From a virus: a stretch of DNA of 64,000 bases. Each line of letters starts with the position of its first letter. Positions within the stretch are counted from its first letter, which is position 1. Below are positions 37,837 to 46,538 of this stretch, in pieces. Location: positions 64,001 through 128,000 of IMG/VR virus record IMGVR_UViG_3300007511_000004. One strand, 5' to 3'. The notes beneath the pieces were generated by a model, which saw only the letters and a list, made by a program, of their open reading frames with translations, searched no databases and was not told the DNA's origin. The position numbers were made by a program, and so were the translations under genes.

Positions 37837-38421
37837 ATGAAAATGCTTCCGAAGATTCTAGTAGTTGGTCATGGCCGACATGGTAAAGATAGCGTGGCTG
37901 AGATCCTCCAAATGTTCTATGGGATGACCTTTAGAGGATCAAGTGAGTTTTGTGCTGAGACTGTATGCTTTCCCGCAATGAAGGCCGAATATGGTTATAA
38001 AGATTATATGGAGTGTTTTGATGATCGCCATAATCATCGATCGGAGTGGTATGATCTTATCTCGCAATATTGTGCTGAAGATCCAACCCGGCTAGGTCGT
38101 GAAATCTTTAAGGTATCGGATGTCTACTGCGGACTTCGGAATAAAAGAGAATTCCATGCACTGAAAAATGCAGGAGTATTTGATATTGCGCTATGGGTAG
38201 ATCGATCCGATCATCTACCACCAGAAGATAGGGCGAGTAATACTATTGAACCTTGGATGGCAGATTTTGTCATTGATAATAATGGCTCCAGGGATGATCT
38301 AACCCTTGCAGTGAAACAACTTATGGATAACCTATTGGGTCGAAATAGTCCCGAAGTATCTAATATGTCACATCACCAAGAATTTGCAACTGAAAATATC
38401 ATTAACTTGGATAATATCTAA
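37837..38421 (+). CDS. Deoxynucleoside monophosphate kinase-like
   Basis: VGHGRHGKD P-loop, GLRNKRE, DFVIDNNG. Confidence 0.65.
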   Translation: MKMLPKILVVGHGRHGKDSVAEILQMFYGMTFRGSSEFCAETVCFPAMKAEYGYKDYMECFDDRHNHRSEWYDLISQYCAEDPTRLGREIFKVSDVYCGLRNKREFHALKNAGVFDIALWVDRSDHLPPEDRASNTIEPWMADFVIDNNGSRDDLTLAVKQLMDNLLGRNSPEVSNMSHHQEFATENIINLDNI

Positions 38422-38428
38422 ATCCGTC

Positions 38429-38436
38429 TATAAATA
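38429..38436 (+). promoter_or_regulatory. Late promoter upstream of the tmRNA
   Basis: TATAAATA. Confidence 0.7.
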
Positions 38437-38441
38437 TTTCG

Positions 38442-38760
38442 TAAACGTTGAAGCAACGTAGACACATACTGGACCTCGGGGCAGTGCCGAGCGACTCCAC
38501 CATAAGCGCCCAGTTGGTTCCGGGTCTTAATCTCTATGAAGCACGTAAGGAAGTAGCTACCGGATCGTGTGGAGGGAACTGGCCGTTTTTGATGGGGTCG
38601 AAATTTAGGATCGACAGGTGTGAAAGTGAAGTGGAGTTTACCGGCTGAGTCGCGTAATAGACTTACTAAACTAAATGCAAACGTAAATGCAAAACCAGAG
38701 ATCCGCCTAGCGGCTTAATCTCTTGCGGTATGGGCTCCACCGTATCATCAAACGGACCCA
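38442..38760 (+). ncRNA. ssrA: Circularly permuted two-piece tmRNA, alphaproteobacterial type; tag ANVNAKPEIRLAA
   Basis: Acceptor piece with T-arm CTCGG-GGCAGTG-CCGAG and CGACTCCACCA (CCA 38500-38502); coding piece starts GGGGTCG (38594), giving a G3-U pair; tag frame 38677-38718 ending LAA*; outer ends approximate. Confidence 0.92.
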
Positions 38761-38803
38761 CTAAAATCTTAGAAAGCTTTTCATTAATCAAAGGATATAC
38801 AAA

Positions 38804-39169
38804 ATGAAAACCCTCGCTCTTGCAACCGCGCTTTCCGGCGCGCTCCTTGCGTCTTCGGCTAATGCCGGTGAAATTGGTAATACTGGCATCTCGCTGGGCG
38901 GTACTCTCGATACTAACTACACTACTGGTGAAAATGTCTTTGCAGTAGATTTCATCCCTCGTGCTCAGTTTTCAAACTGGGGCATCCTATTCGGCGCTCA
39001 AACTACTCTTGACGTAATGGGGCTAAACGATGGTGATATCTTTAAGGGTATTGACCTTGATGCATCTTATGATATTGGTACTACAGGTCTGAAGGCCTAT
39101 GGTAAAATCGGTACGGATTCAGATTTCGTATTCGGTAATGCTAAGATCGGTGTATCATTCGCATTCTAA
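38804..39169 (+). CDS. Small outer-membrane beta-barrel/porin-like protein
   Basis: Signal peptide ending ANA, alternating beta strands, C-terminal IGVSFAF. Confidence 0.7.
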   Translation: MKTLALATALSGALLASSANAGEIGNTGISLGGTLDTNYTTGENVFAVDFIPRAQFSNWGILFGAQTTLDVMGLNDGDIFKGIDLDASYDIGTTGLKAYGKIGTDSDFVFGNAKIGVSFAF

Positions 39170-39191
39170 TCATGTGAATATAATATGTTGA

Positions 39192-39228
39192 GAAAGAGGG
39201 CGTCGTGACAACATGACGCTCTCTTTTT
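39192..39228 (+). terminator. Intrinsic terminator
   Basis: AAAGAGGGCGTCGTG-ACAA-CATGACGCTCTCTTTTT. Confidence 0.8.
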
Positions 39229-39230
39229 CG

Positions 39231-39238
39231 TATAAATA
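39231..39238 (+). promoter_or_regulatory. Late promoter for the exported-protein operon
   Basis: TATAAATA right after the terminator. Confidence 0.75.
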
Positions 39239-39265
39239 CCCTAGAACCACATATGAGATATATCA

Positions 39266-39817
39266 ATGCTTAATAGAATTATATTGGCGATACCGGCGAT
39301 CTTTATTGCAATGAGTTTATCGGCTGAGCCTATTGTGACTGAATCAACCACCACTAGTACGGTGACGTCTAATACGAATTCCAATACTACGGTTAATGCC
39401 CCGCCGCCCTCTGCAATTTCCCCTTCGATTAATACTTCTAATTCGGACTTATGCACAGTCGGGGTGGCTGGTGCGGTACAGACACAAATCCTTGGTATTT
39501 CGATGGGAACTACCTTCACCGAGGATAACTGTATACGGCTAAAGAATGCCAAGACATTATTTGATATGGGTATGAAGGTAGCCGCTGTTGCAGTAATGTG
39601 TGAAAACCCACAAGTATTCGATGCTATGATGAACGCAGGAACTCCGTGTCCATATGATGGATTGATTGGCGATGCGGCGAAAGCTGCTTGGAAGGCAGAT
39701 GCTGCTGCACAGCCAGAGGAAACATTTTTTGAAAAAGGTTTGAATATTGATGACAAATCTACGCTTATGGGCGCTGGTGGTGTCGGCAGTCTGTTACTCC
39801 TCTTATTGTTCCTCTGA
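39266..39817 (+). CDS. Exported Cys-containing protein with C-terminal membrane anchor
   Basis: Signal peptide, Thr/Ser-rich linker, 4 Cys, terminal GAGGVGSLLLLLLFL. Confidence 0.75.
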   Translation: MLNRIILAIPAIFIAMSLSAEPIVTESTTTSTVTSNTNSNTTVNAPPPSAISPSINTSNSDLCTVGVAGAVQTQILGISMGTTFTEDNCIRLKNAKTLFDMGMKVAAVAVMCENPQVFDAMMNAGTPCPYDGLIGDAAKAAWKADAAAQPEETFFEKGLNIDDKSTLMGAGGVGSLLLLLLFL

Positions 39818-40634
39818 AACAGTAACTGGTTCAACGAATAATGCCGCCAATGGTACCATGATTTGGCAGATGCCGAATATCCTACCTGATGCTACTGGAT
39901 TAACCGTCGAGGGAGTTTATTTTCGTTATACTACTGTAAAAGATCCCGATTCCGATCTAATAGTGGTGATTAAGAATGAGCACGCTGAGGAAACCGGATA
40001 TATCTATTATCATGAGGATGATTGGTCAGGTGTTCCCGGTAACACTATAGTAGGATATGATTCGCTTACTCCAACTTTAGGCACGAACTGGGGTGAAGGC
40101 AGTATTACTACAGAAGGCGAGGGCAACGTAACCGATCCTACGGTCAGATACACATACAGGTACGACACGTGTAATAACCCATTGGACGATCCAACCTGCC
40201 CAGGATTTGAAGATGCGCTTTATAATTACATTTTAGAGAACGTCCTTGCAAAGAAAGAATTGAGCGTTGATGATCCATACTATGACGAGTGGGTCCAAAT
40301 GCAACTGGAATCTAAAGCAGAAGTTACAGAAGAATCCGAAACTGAACCTGAAGAAGATGAAAAGGAAGAAGATTTGGAACAGAAGTTCGAACCCACTACG
40401 AATATTGCGGAGCTTGGTGGGGTCGCAGGAACACAAGCTGAAATAATAGCACAGATAGCCTATGTCCCACAATTTGGTGTATATTACACTGCCGCTATTA
40501 ATGGAGGGGTATATAATGATGTGATAACCCTTCAAGATACAGAATTACCTGACAATGGGAGAGCGTTGAGAAGCTTGGCATCTGATGCCGTTCATCGAAA
40601 TATGGTTCGTTCTCAATACGAAAACGATAACTAG
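39747..40634 (+). CDS. Exported acidic protein
   Basis: Signal-peptide-like N-terminus, CNNPLDDPTCPG, Glu-rich linker. Confidence 0.7.
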   Translation: MMTNLRLWALVVSAVCYSSYCSSETVTGSTNNAANGTMIWQMPNILPDATGLTVEGVYFRYTTVKDPDSDLIVVIKNEHAEETGYIYYHEDDWSGVPGNTIVGYDSLTPTLGTNWGEGSITTEGEGNVTDPTVRYTYRYDTCNNPLDDPTCPGFEDALYNYILENVLAKKELSVDDPYYDEWVQMQLESKAEVTEESETEPEEDEKEEDLEQKFEPTTNIAELGGVAGTQAEIIAQIAYVPQFGVYYTAAINGGVYNDVITLQDTELPDNGRALRSLASDAVHRNMVRSQYENDN

Positions 40635-40644
40635 GAGAACTAAT

Positions 40645-41148
40645 ATGTTCCGGAAATTATTAACCATTGCCACATTCCTGCCATTGTCTACCACTGCAGT
40701 ATTTGCAGAGGATAGCCCGATTTATGGATCGGTTGAATCTAAGTGTACTATCTTCACGGATGTACCTGGTGTATACGGCCAGCCAACGCCCGGCGAATTA
40801 AGTACTGCACCGACAGCGGGTGGGGTTCAACCTAAAATCCGTTATGATGTAGTCCAGGCAGGATACTATGTTGCTAAAATCTCGTGGCCGGTGAGCTTTC
40901 TATCGTCCCCAAGTCTAACCGATACGGTTGTTTGGGACGGTGAAGTAGAGGCCACTGAAGTTACAGATCCAGCAATGTCAGCCTATGAAACGGATAAGAT
41001 AGAATATAATAACACAACAGAATTCGATTTATCTGTTGCAGGTACGGTTTGGTTCGAAGTAACCTCTACCGCCAATTATGGATACGATAAAGCATTTCCG
41101 GCCGGTTCTTACCAAGCCGCGGTGACTGCGGAGTGCATTGCTCAATAA
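40645..41148 (+). CDS. Exported pilin/fimbrial-subunit-like protein
   Basis: AGGAG RBS, signal peptide ending VFA, IYGSVESKCTI N-terminal strand, C-terminal FPAGSYQAAVTAEC. Confidence 0.55.
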   Translation: MFRKLLTIATFLPLSTTAVFAEDSPIYGSVESKCTIFTDVPGVYGQPTPGELSTAPTAGGVQPKIRYDVVQAGYYVAKISWPVSFLSSPSLTDTVVWDGEVEATEVTDPAMSAYETDKIEYNNTTEFDLSVAGTVWFEVTSTANYGYDKAFPAGSYQAAVTAECIAQ

Positions 41149-41157
41149 GGATTATTA

Positions 41158-41541
41158 ATGTTACGATATGTACTTGCTATGGCGCTGGGGCTGGCTGCTC
41201 CGGTCGCCAAAGCGCATGAATTGACCCCAACTTATTTCGAATTAAGTCCCGCTTTAGTAGATAATGTACTAACTACTCGGATGAATGTATTCAACCGACG
41301 CGAGGACATTGTGGACTACCGATTCGAGGTGTATACAGCAGATTGGGAGCCGGTGGCCTTTGCCTCGTTTGATAGAGTGTTTACTTTAGACTACCAAACT
41401 GGTACGCAAATCCCTCTTTATTTTAGATCTAGGGATCGGTCTAAAGTAGTTTATATTTGTACTCGATCAGTTCCAGAGGCCGATGAATCTGATGGGGCAG
41501 TGAATTCATTGATCTGCTCCAAGATAAGGAGTGACGAATGA
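41158..41541 (+). CDS. Exported Ig-fold, pilus-chaperone-like protein
   Basis: Signal peptide ending AKA, ELTPTY...MNVFNRR...YRFEV, two Cys. Confidence 0.5.
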   Translation: MLRYVLAMALGLAAPVAKAHELTPTYFELSPALVDNVLTTRMNVFNRREDIVDYRFEVYTADWEPVAFASFDRVFTLDYQTGTQIPLYFRSRDRSKVVYICTRSVPEADESDGAVNSLICSKIRSDE

Positions 41542-41963
41542 GAATACTTTCCATAATCATTTTTTCAATGTTTGCAACTGTAGCGTATGGACAATCCCTG
41601 CCCGACGCCTCAGGTGCTCTTACATTGGGTATGCCGTCAGCTCCGGGTAACTATCAATCGGACAAATTCAAGGCAAATAATCTCGATTGCTCGAATGCGA
41701 TCGGGTCTGCCACTAATCTCGAATTCGGTGTAATGGGGTTAATTAACCAGGGCGATTACTATGATGCTCTTAATAACTATATCAATACCCCCTTCCGTGA
41801 CGTAGGGGTTTATGCTCGGATTGTGATACCATTAGGACAAAAACCTAGGGCAAGAATTGACTGTAATAGACTATTTGAACTTGAACTTCAGGCTCGAGAG
41901 CTCGAAGTCATTAAACTCCAAAGAGAACTGGATGCTCTAAAATCGTTAGAATTCGGAGAATAA
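41538..41963 (+). CDS. Exported hypothetical protein
   Basis: Signal peptide, two Cys, C-terminal coiled coil. Confidence 0.7.
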   Translation: MRILSIIIFSMFATVAYGQSLPDASGALTLGMPSAPGNYQSDKFKANNLDCSNAIGSATNLEFGVMGLINQGDYYDALNNYINTPFRDVGVYARIVIPLGQKPRARIDCNRLFELELQARELEVIKLQRELDALKSLEFGE

Positions 41964-41966
41964 AAT

Positions 41967-42716
41967 ATGGCAGAATTAGAATTTGGTGGGATGACCTTTC
42001 GAGGCGGAAAGATATTTGCGATACTGACTGCTTTAAGTACTTTGGGCGGTGGTGCATGGGCTGGGTTTGAGTTTTATGCTGATTATATGGATATGAAAGA
42101 GATAGTCCAGAATATCGACATTGACGAAATCGCTGCGGCTAATGAGCTACAGGTTCAGAAGCTGGATGATGCTATCCAATATACCCAAGATATCAAAAAC
42201 GATCTCAGGGCTGATATCATTAGAATAGAGGGGCTGGTATCCGGTTTAGAGGACCGAATTAATGAGTCCGAGTCCACTATACGAGCCTTTCGAAACGAGA
42301 TTTATGATAAGCTAGATGCCTTTGAAGCTAGATTCAGATCCGTTTTAAAGGATAATCAGGATGCTATGGCGGCATCAGAAGAGCGGCTTAGGATCGAATT
42401 GAAGAGTAATCAGGATACCATGGCTGCTATGCGAGATACGATTGCAACTCGCTTAGAAGAATCTGAATCAAGGATTAAGGCCACACAGGGTAGTATAGAA
42501 ACAACCCTTGAAGGCGTCCGGAACGAAATGAATCAAGTGCAGAAGGATGTCACTGCATCTATCCGAGAAGTTGAAGGCACTATACGAGTTTCTGAAAAGG
42601 ATGTTCGTAATACAATGCGAGAGACCGAGTCCCGGATTGATAATGAGATGGGAACCCTCGAAAGGGATCTAAAAGAAATTATCCAAGAATCGTTGGATAA
42701 CCCATTGGCAAATTGA
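41967..42716 (+). CDS. Membrane-anchored coiled-coil protein
   Basis: N-terminal TM (IFAILTALSTLGGGAWAGF), long heptad region. Confidence 0.75.
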   Translation: MAELEFGGMTFRGGKIFAILTALSTLGGGAWAGFEFYADYMDMKEIVQNIDIDEIAAANELQVQKLDDAIQYTQDIKNDLRADIIRIEGLVSGLEDRINESESTIRAFRNEIYDKLDAFEARFRSVLKDNQDAMAASEERLRIELKSNQDTMAAMRDTIATRLEESESRIKATQGSIETTLEGVRNEMNQVQKDVTASIREVEGTIRVSEKDVRNTMRETESRIDNEMGTLERDLKEIIQESLDNPLAN

Positions 42717-42723
42717 TCATGAT

Positions 42724-43110
42724 ATGATATACGAAATAGACGAAACTATATCAGAACATCAGGCCCGAGACATAGATGATACTATGTCTCGGGTTATTAG
42801 TATGCTCGATCTAAAAGAATCAGTGTTCGTAACGTTTGTCAGATCCGAAAATACCTCGGGCGGATGTATAGAACTCGAGGGTGATGAATATCTTGTAGAA
42901 ATCCCGGTCACAGATGATACCGAGCTATTTGTGTTACACGAGATGAAACACGTCGAACAATATAATACTGGCCGATTAAAACAAGGTGAAATATGGTTGG
43001 GAAAATCATATAGGGGAGTACCGTATTATTCTAAACCTTGGGAAAAAGAAGCATATAAATTCGAAAAAAATGTAAAAAGGGATTTACTATTGATCCCGGA
43101 TTTGGTATAA
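42724..43110 (+). CDS. HEXXH zinc metallopeptidase-like protein
   Basis: VLHEMKHVEQY...PWEKEAY. Confidence 0.7.
   Translation: MIYEIDETISEHQARDIDDTMSRVISMLDLKESVFVTFVRSENTSGGCIELEGDEYLVEIPVTDDTELFVLHEMKHVEQYNTGRLKQGEIWLGKSYRGVPYYSKPWEKEAYKFEKNVKRDLLLIPDLV
43025..43076. repeat. 52-bp exact direct repeat, left island boundary (copy at 48387-48438)
   Basis: ATTATTCTAAACCTTGGGAAAAAGAAGCATATAAATTCGAAAAAAATGTAAA at both loci. Confidence 0.95.
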
Positions 43111-43125
43111 TAAACTATGATTAAA
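43079..43125 (+). repeat. 47-bp exact promoter repeat (copy at 61653-61699)
   Basis: GGGATTTACTATTGATCCCGGATTTGGTATAATAAACTATGATTAAA; contains TTTACT-17 nt-TATAAT. Confidence 0.93.
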
Positions 43126-43144
43126 CGATATATACATTGTAGTT

Positions 43145-43197
43145 CGGGTGATGCCGTAACACATCCGCGGGGAGCCACGGTTAGTCCCCATTTTTTT
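43145..43197 (+). ncRNA. Candidate structured small RNA/attenuator (two hairpins plus U tract)
   Basis: CGGGTG/CATCCG and GGGGA/TCCCC stems, loops GCCGT and ACGGT complementary, followed by T7. Confidence 0.45.
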
Positions 43198-43210
43198 ATA
43201 AGAGGGACTA

Positions 43211-44146
43211 ATGAACTATTTTGAGATTGAACCAGAACAAAATACCTTCTCTAATATAGTAGTAGATCTCACCCATCGCTGCAATATGGAATGTGCTAAC
43301 TGCTATATTCCTAACCGTGATATCCCTGACCTAGATAAAGATAAGCTGTTCCAATTCTTATCCAAACTCCCCAGTAGAACATACATTCGTTTAATTGGTG
43401 CAGAACCAACTATGCGAGGAGATCTCCCCGAAATTATTGCAATGGTCAAAAAGCTTGGACATAGACCCAGCTTAACCACTAATGGTCTAAAGCTTGCAAA
43501 TCTTTCCTACGTTAAAACATTAAAAGAATCCGGACTTCGCTTGCTACTCCATAGTATGAATGGTGCGGACGATGATATGGTCTATAAAGCACTAGATAAT
43601 GGCAAATGGGCAACTGTAAAGGTCCGAGCTCTAAACAATATATTTGCCGAAAGACTTCCAATCAATACCGGTACTATTATTGCTCGTGGCGTAAATGAAT
43701 ACGTTATGAATAGACAGGTAGAAGTATTTGCTGAAAGAGCAATCGCAAATGGAATCAATTTTAATACAACACCTCCATACAATAAAATAACTCCGGTTCT
43801 CAGAATGAAATCGGTTGGTATGATCGGAAGATATATGGAAGGTGTATCTTATACAATTGATGAGTTATCAGATATGGCAGTTTATAGATTAGGTATAGAT
43901 AAATCTGATATCATAAAAACATCAGCAGGTGTAGTAAAAGCCGGACCTCAATCCGGTGAAGCTTTGACCTCTTATATGTTCCCATATCAAACCAAAGCGG
44001 GTAAAGTCTTAATTAGACTTATCGATTGGCAGACGGATGACGAAGGAGTCATTGATCATGACAATCCCAATCGTGGTAGATTAACCCAGAACTTTAAAAT
44101 CGCACCATTTTTTGAGCATGTGAAAAAGAATGAAAACGGCTATTAG
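43211..44146 (+). CDS. Radical SAM protein
   Basis: CNMECANC (CxxxCxxC), GAEPT, LTTNG. Confidence 0.9.
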   Translation: MNYFEIEPEQNTFSNIVVDLTHRCNMECANCYIPNRDIPDLDKDKLFQFLSKLPSRTYIRLIGAEPTMRGDLPEIIAMVKKLGHRPSLTTNGLKLANLSYVKTLKESGLRLLLHSMNGADDDMVYKALDNGKWATVKVRALNNIFAERLPINTGTIIARGVNEYVMNRQVEVFAERAIANGINFNTTPPYNKITPVLRMKSVGMIGRYMEGVSYTIDELSDMAVYRLGIDKSDIIKTSAGVVKAGPQSGEALTSYMFPYQTKAGKVLIRLIDWQTDDEGVIDHDNPNRGRLTQNFKIAPFFEHVKKNENGY

Positions 44147-44624
44147 ATATACCCCACAGTTTGACCAATTCGTCGGTACAATTAAAGAAATGGTAAGTGG
44201 TTTACCTGACGATAAACTAAAAGGCAATTACTCACTTGAAAATCTGATAGTCGACGAATGGATAGCCGTATCGGTTTTCGAAGGGGGATTTTCTTCTGTA
44301 GCTTGGCGGCCTTGGTGGGGTAATAATTGCAGAATCTTAAATAGGTTTTATAAAAAGCCTGGATATAGGTTCGAAAATGATAAGCGTAAGGTATCACAAG
44401 AAACCCTAGATATGATTGAACAGCAATTAAGAGCTGCTTTTCATTTAGGATATGATTGTGCTTTTATGAGTCGAGAAACCAAAACTCAATCATTCAATCA
44501 CTATAAGAAACATCTACAACAACCTTGGTATTCTTCAGATGAAAAGTATAGGATGACTGAAAATTCTTATCAAAACATTATGTGGACACCGCTAAATAGC
44601 AATGAATTAATCATGGAGAAATAA
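44130..44624 (+). CDS. Hypothetical protein, possible GNAT fold
   Basis: RILNRFYKKPGYR...QQLRAAFHLGYDCAFMSR pattern. Confidence 0.45.
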   Translation: MKTAIRYTPQFDQFVGTIKEMVSGLPDDKLKGNYSLENLIVDEWIAVSVFEGGFSSVAWRPWWGNNCRILNRFYKKPGYRFENDKRKVSQETLDMIEQQLRAAFHLGYDCAFMSRETKTQSFNHYKKHLQQPWYSSDEKYRMTENSYQNIMWTPLNSNELIMEK

Positions 44625-45527
44625 ATGCATTATGTGATAGAAGATTTCGACTATAGTTCGGGTGCTGAAGAAGTACGCGATCTTATCGGTGAATATCGAA
44701 CTGTAGTTATTCGAAATAAATCTGCTAGAACCCCGGAACAATTAATTGAATTTTATAAAAAGATCGGTAATGTAGTAGCCCAGAATAATAAGGTTACTGG
44801 TACTATTGCAACTGGTGAACTTGTCAAAGTTAGACAGGATGGACTATTTTCCGGTAAAGACGATGGTGAATTAGAATGGCACAGCGCCGGCATGAACAGA
44901 ATTGGCCATGATGATATTGTAGCAATGTATATGCACCAGGTTGCAGAATCCGGCGGCGTAACGTATTTTACTGATCATCAACAAGCTTTTGCGGATTTAG
45001 ATGAAGATACCCAAAAGGTTCTTAGACAATTAAAGTCTAAAATCGTTACGTACAATGCTAAAATGAAACTTCAAAAAATGCATTATAAAAATGTATTTAA
45101 TGATGAACAGACTATGATGGAATTCAAAGATATTGACGGAAAGACCTCATTTGAAAAGCAAACCCCTAGGAAAGATTTAGTAACAAGACACCCAATTAAT
45201 GGTAAAGAAGGTTTATATTTTCCATGGAGTGTCATACGAGGTTTCTCCGGATTATCCCATGATGAATCGCAAATATCTTTCCGCCCCGATCAGCACGATA
45301 TTTACTATATGTTGAAACATCATACACTACAAGACAAATACGTGTACGCGCACGAGTGGCATCCGTACGATATTATTTTAAGTGATCAACATCACAGTTT
45401 ACATAAGAGGGACGCATATGTTGGAGACCGTGAGCTATGGAGAGCTGGAATCTGGATACGATCTGAAGACAAGCTCACTGAACAATGGACTTGTGAAAGT
45501 CTCGTGCCCGAAGCCTCTGACTCTTGA
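44625..45527 (+). CDS. TauD-fold Fe(II)/2-oxoglutarate enzyme with HxA motif
   Basis: LEWHSAG, GGVTYFTD, LVTRHPINGKEGLY, HEWHPYDIILSDQHHSLHKR, RELWR. Confidence 0.8.
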   Translation: MHYVIEDFDYSSGAEEVRDLIGEYRTVVIRNKSARTPEQLIEFYKKIGNVVAQNNKVTGTIATGELVKVRQDGLFSGKDDGELEWHSAGMNRIGHDDIVAMYMHQVAESGGVTYFTDHQQAFADLDEDTQKVLRQLKSKIVTYNAKMKLQKMHYKNVFNDEQTMMEFKDIDGKTSFEKQTPRKDLVTRHPINGKEGLYFPWSVIRGFSGLSHDESQISFRPDQHDIYYMLKHHTLQDKYVYAHEWHPYDIILSDQHHSLHKRDAYVGDRELWRAGIWIRSEDKLTEQWTCESLVPEASDS

Positions 45528-46116
45528 AGAATTCGAAGCTGTAGCACATTCGCTAGGCAAACCTCTGGTTACTTCTAAACACGTTTTAAACGAATCTCGG
45601 ACAGTCCAGGAGCTTAGCAACAATGGTCTATTCGGTGATGGAGAAGTAGATTGGCACCACGACTGGTCATACGGTCGTGGCAACTATTTCGGCACAATTT
45701 TATATAACGTAAAAAATGCTCATCTATCGCCAACCTGGTTTTGTGATATGAGCAAAGCACCAGAATCTTTAAAGGATCTATATCGAGAAGCAGTTGGTGA
45801 ATACTATCCGCCACAGCATCTTCATGATACGTGTTTTACCAGTAAACAGTTACGGCTACTAGAAAAACAAAAAGTTACTAGACCTTATCTGATTAACCAC
45901 CACGTAACAGGTGAAGAAATTTTATATTGCAGTTGGAGCACCTTACGTAATCCTACCGTTGATATTACCCCAATTAAAGAATGGGTAGAAGCAAATGCTT
46001 ATAAGCACGAATGGGAAGAAAATGATATCCTAGTTTGGGATAACCTAAAAATGAATCATAAAAGAGTTGCATTTGAAGGAAAAAGATTGTTATGGAGAAC
46101 CCAGTTTATAATATAG
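45418..46116 (+). CDS. TauD/TfdA-family dioxygenase (start uncertain)
   Basis: DWHHDWSY, TWFCDM, HEWEENDILVWDNLKMNHKR, RLLWR. Confidence 0.82.
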   Translation: MLETVSYGELESGYDLKTSSLNNGLVKVSCPKPLTLEEFEAVAHSLGKPLVTSKHVLNESRTVQELSNNGLFGDGEVDWHHDWSYGRGNYFGTILYNVKNAHLSPTWFCDMSKAPESLKDLYREAVGEYYPPQHLHDTCFTSKQLRLLEKQKVTRPYLINHHVTGEEILYCSWSTLRNPTVDITPIKEWVEANAYKHEWEENDILVWDNLKMNHKRVAFEGKRLLWRTQFII

Positions 46117-46538
46117 CAGTTATTAGTTTCCCTAGAACTGCTTCTAAGTCTTTAGCGGAATGGTATGGTAAAAAGTACAATAAACCGGTGGCACTAGGAA
46201 GCTTACATCAGCCGGAATATCTTGGGAAGAATTTTTGGAATACAAAAGACCTCGTCTTTTCTAAAACCCACATATTGCATGGACACTGGCACAGTTTAGA
46301 TAAATTGGATGAAGAGACATTAGAATGTCTTCGATCAGATTATAAAATAGTAACCAGTTATAGAGAAGCCAACTTGGTATACGACTCTTTATTACGGATA
46401 ACTCAAAAGCCAGATTTGTTTAGTAGTACGATGATTAAATCGTTAGAGGAAAAAGAAAAATGGGATATATGGAAACATCACGTATTGAATGGAGACCACG
46501 TTGAAACTGTTCAAGGTACACCCAAAGGTTTCTGTTGA
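46092..46538 (+). CDS. Sulfotransferase-like protein
   Basis: ISFPRTASKSL resembles a PAPS-binding loop. Confidence 0.45.
   Translation: MENPVYNIAVISFPRTASKSLAEWYGKKYNKPVALGSLHQPEYLGKNFWNTKDLVFSKTHILHGHWHSLDKLDEETLECLRSDYKIVTSYREANLVYDSLLRITQKPDLFSSTMIKSLEEKEKWDIWKHHVLNGDHVETVQGTPKGFC

Noticed and set aside
38448-38648. 66-aa ORF
   Set aside because: Lies entirely within the tmRNA; TTG start with no RBS
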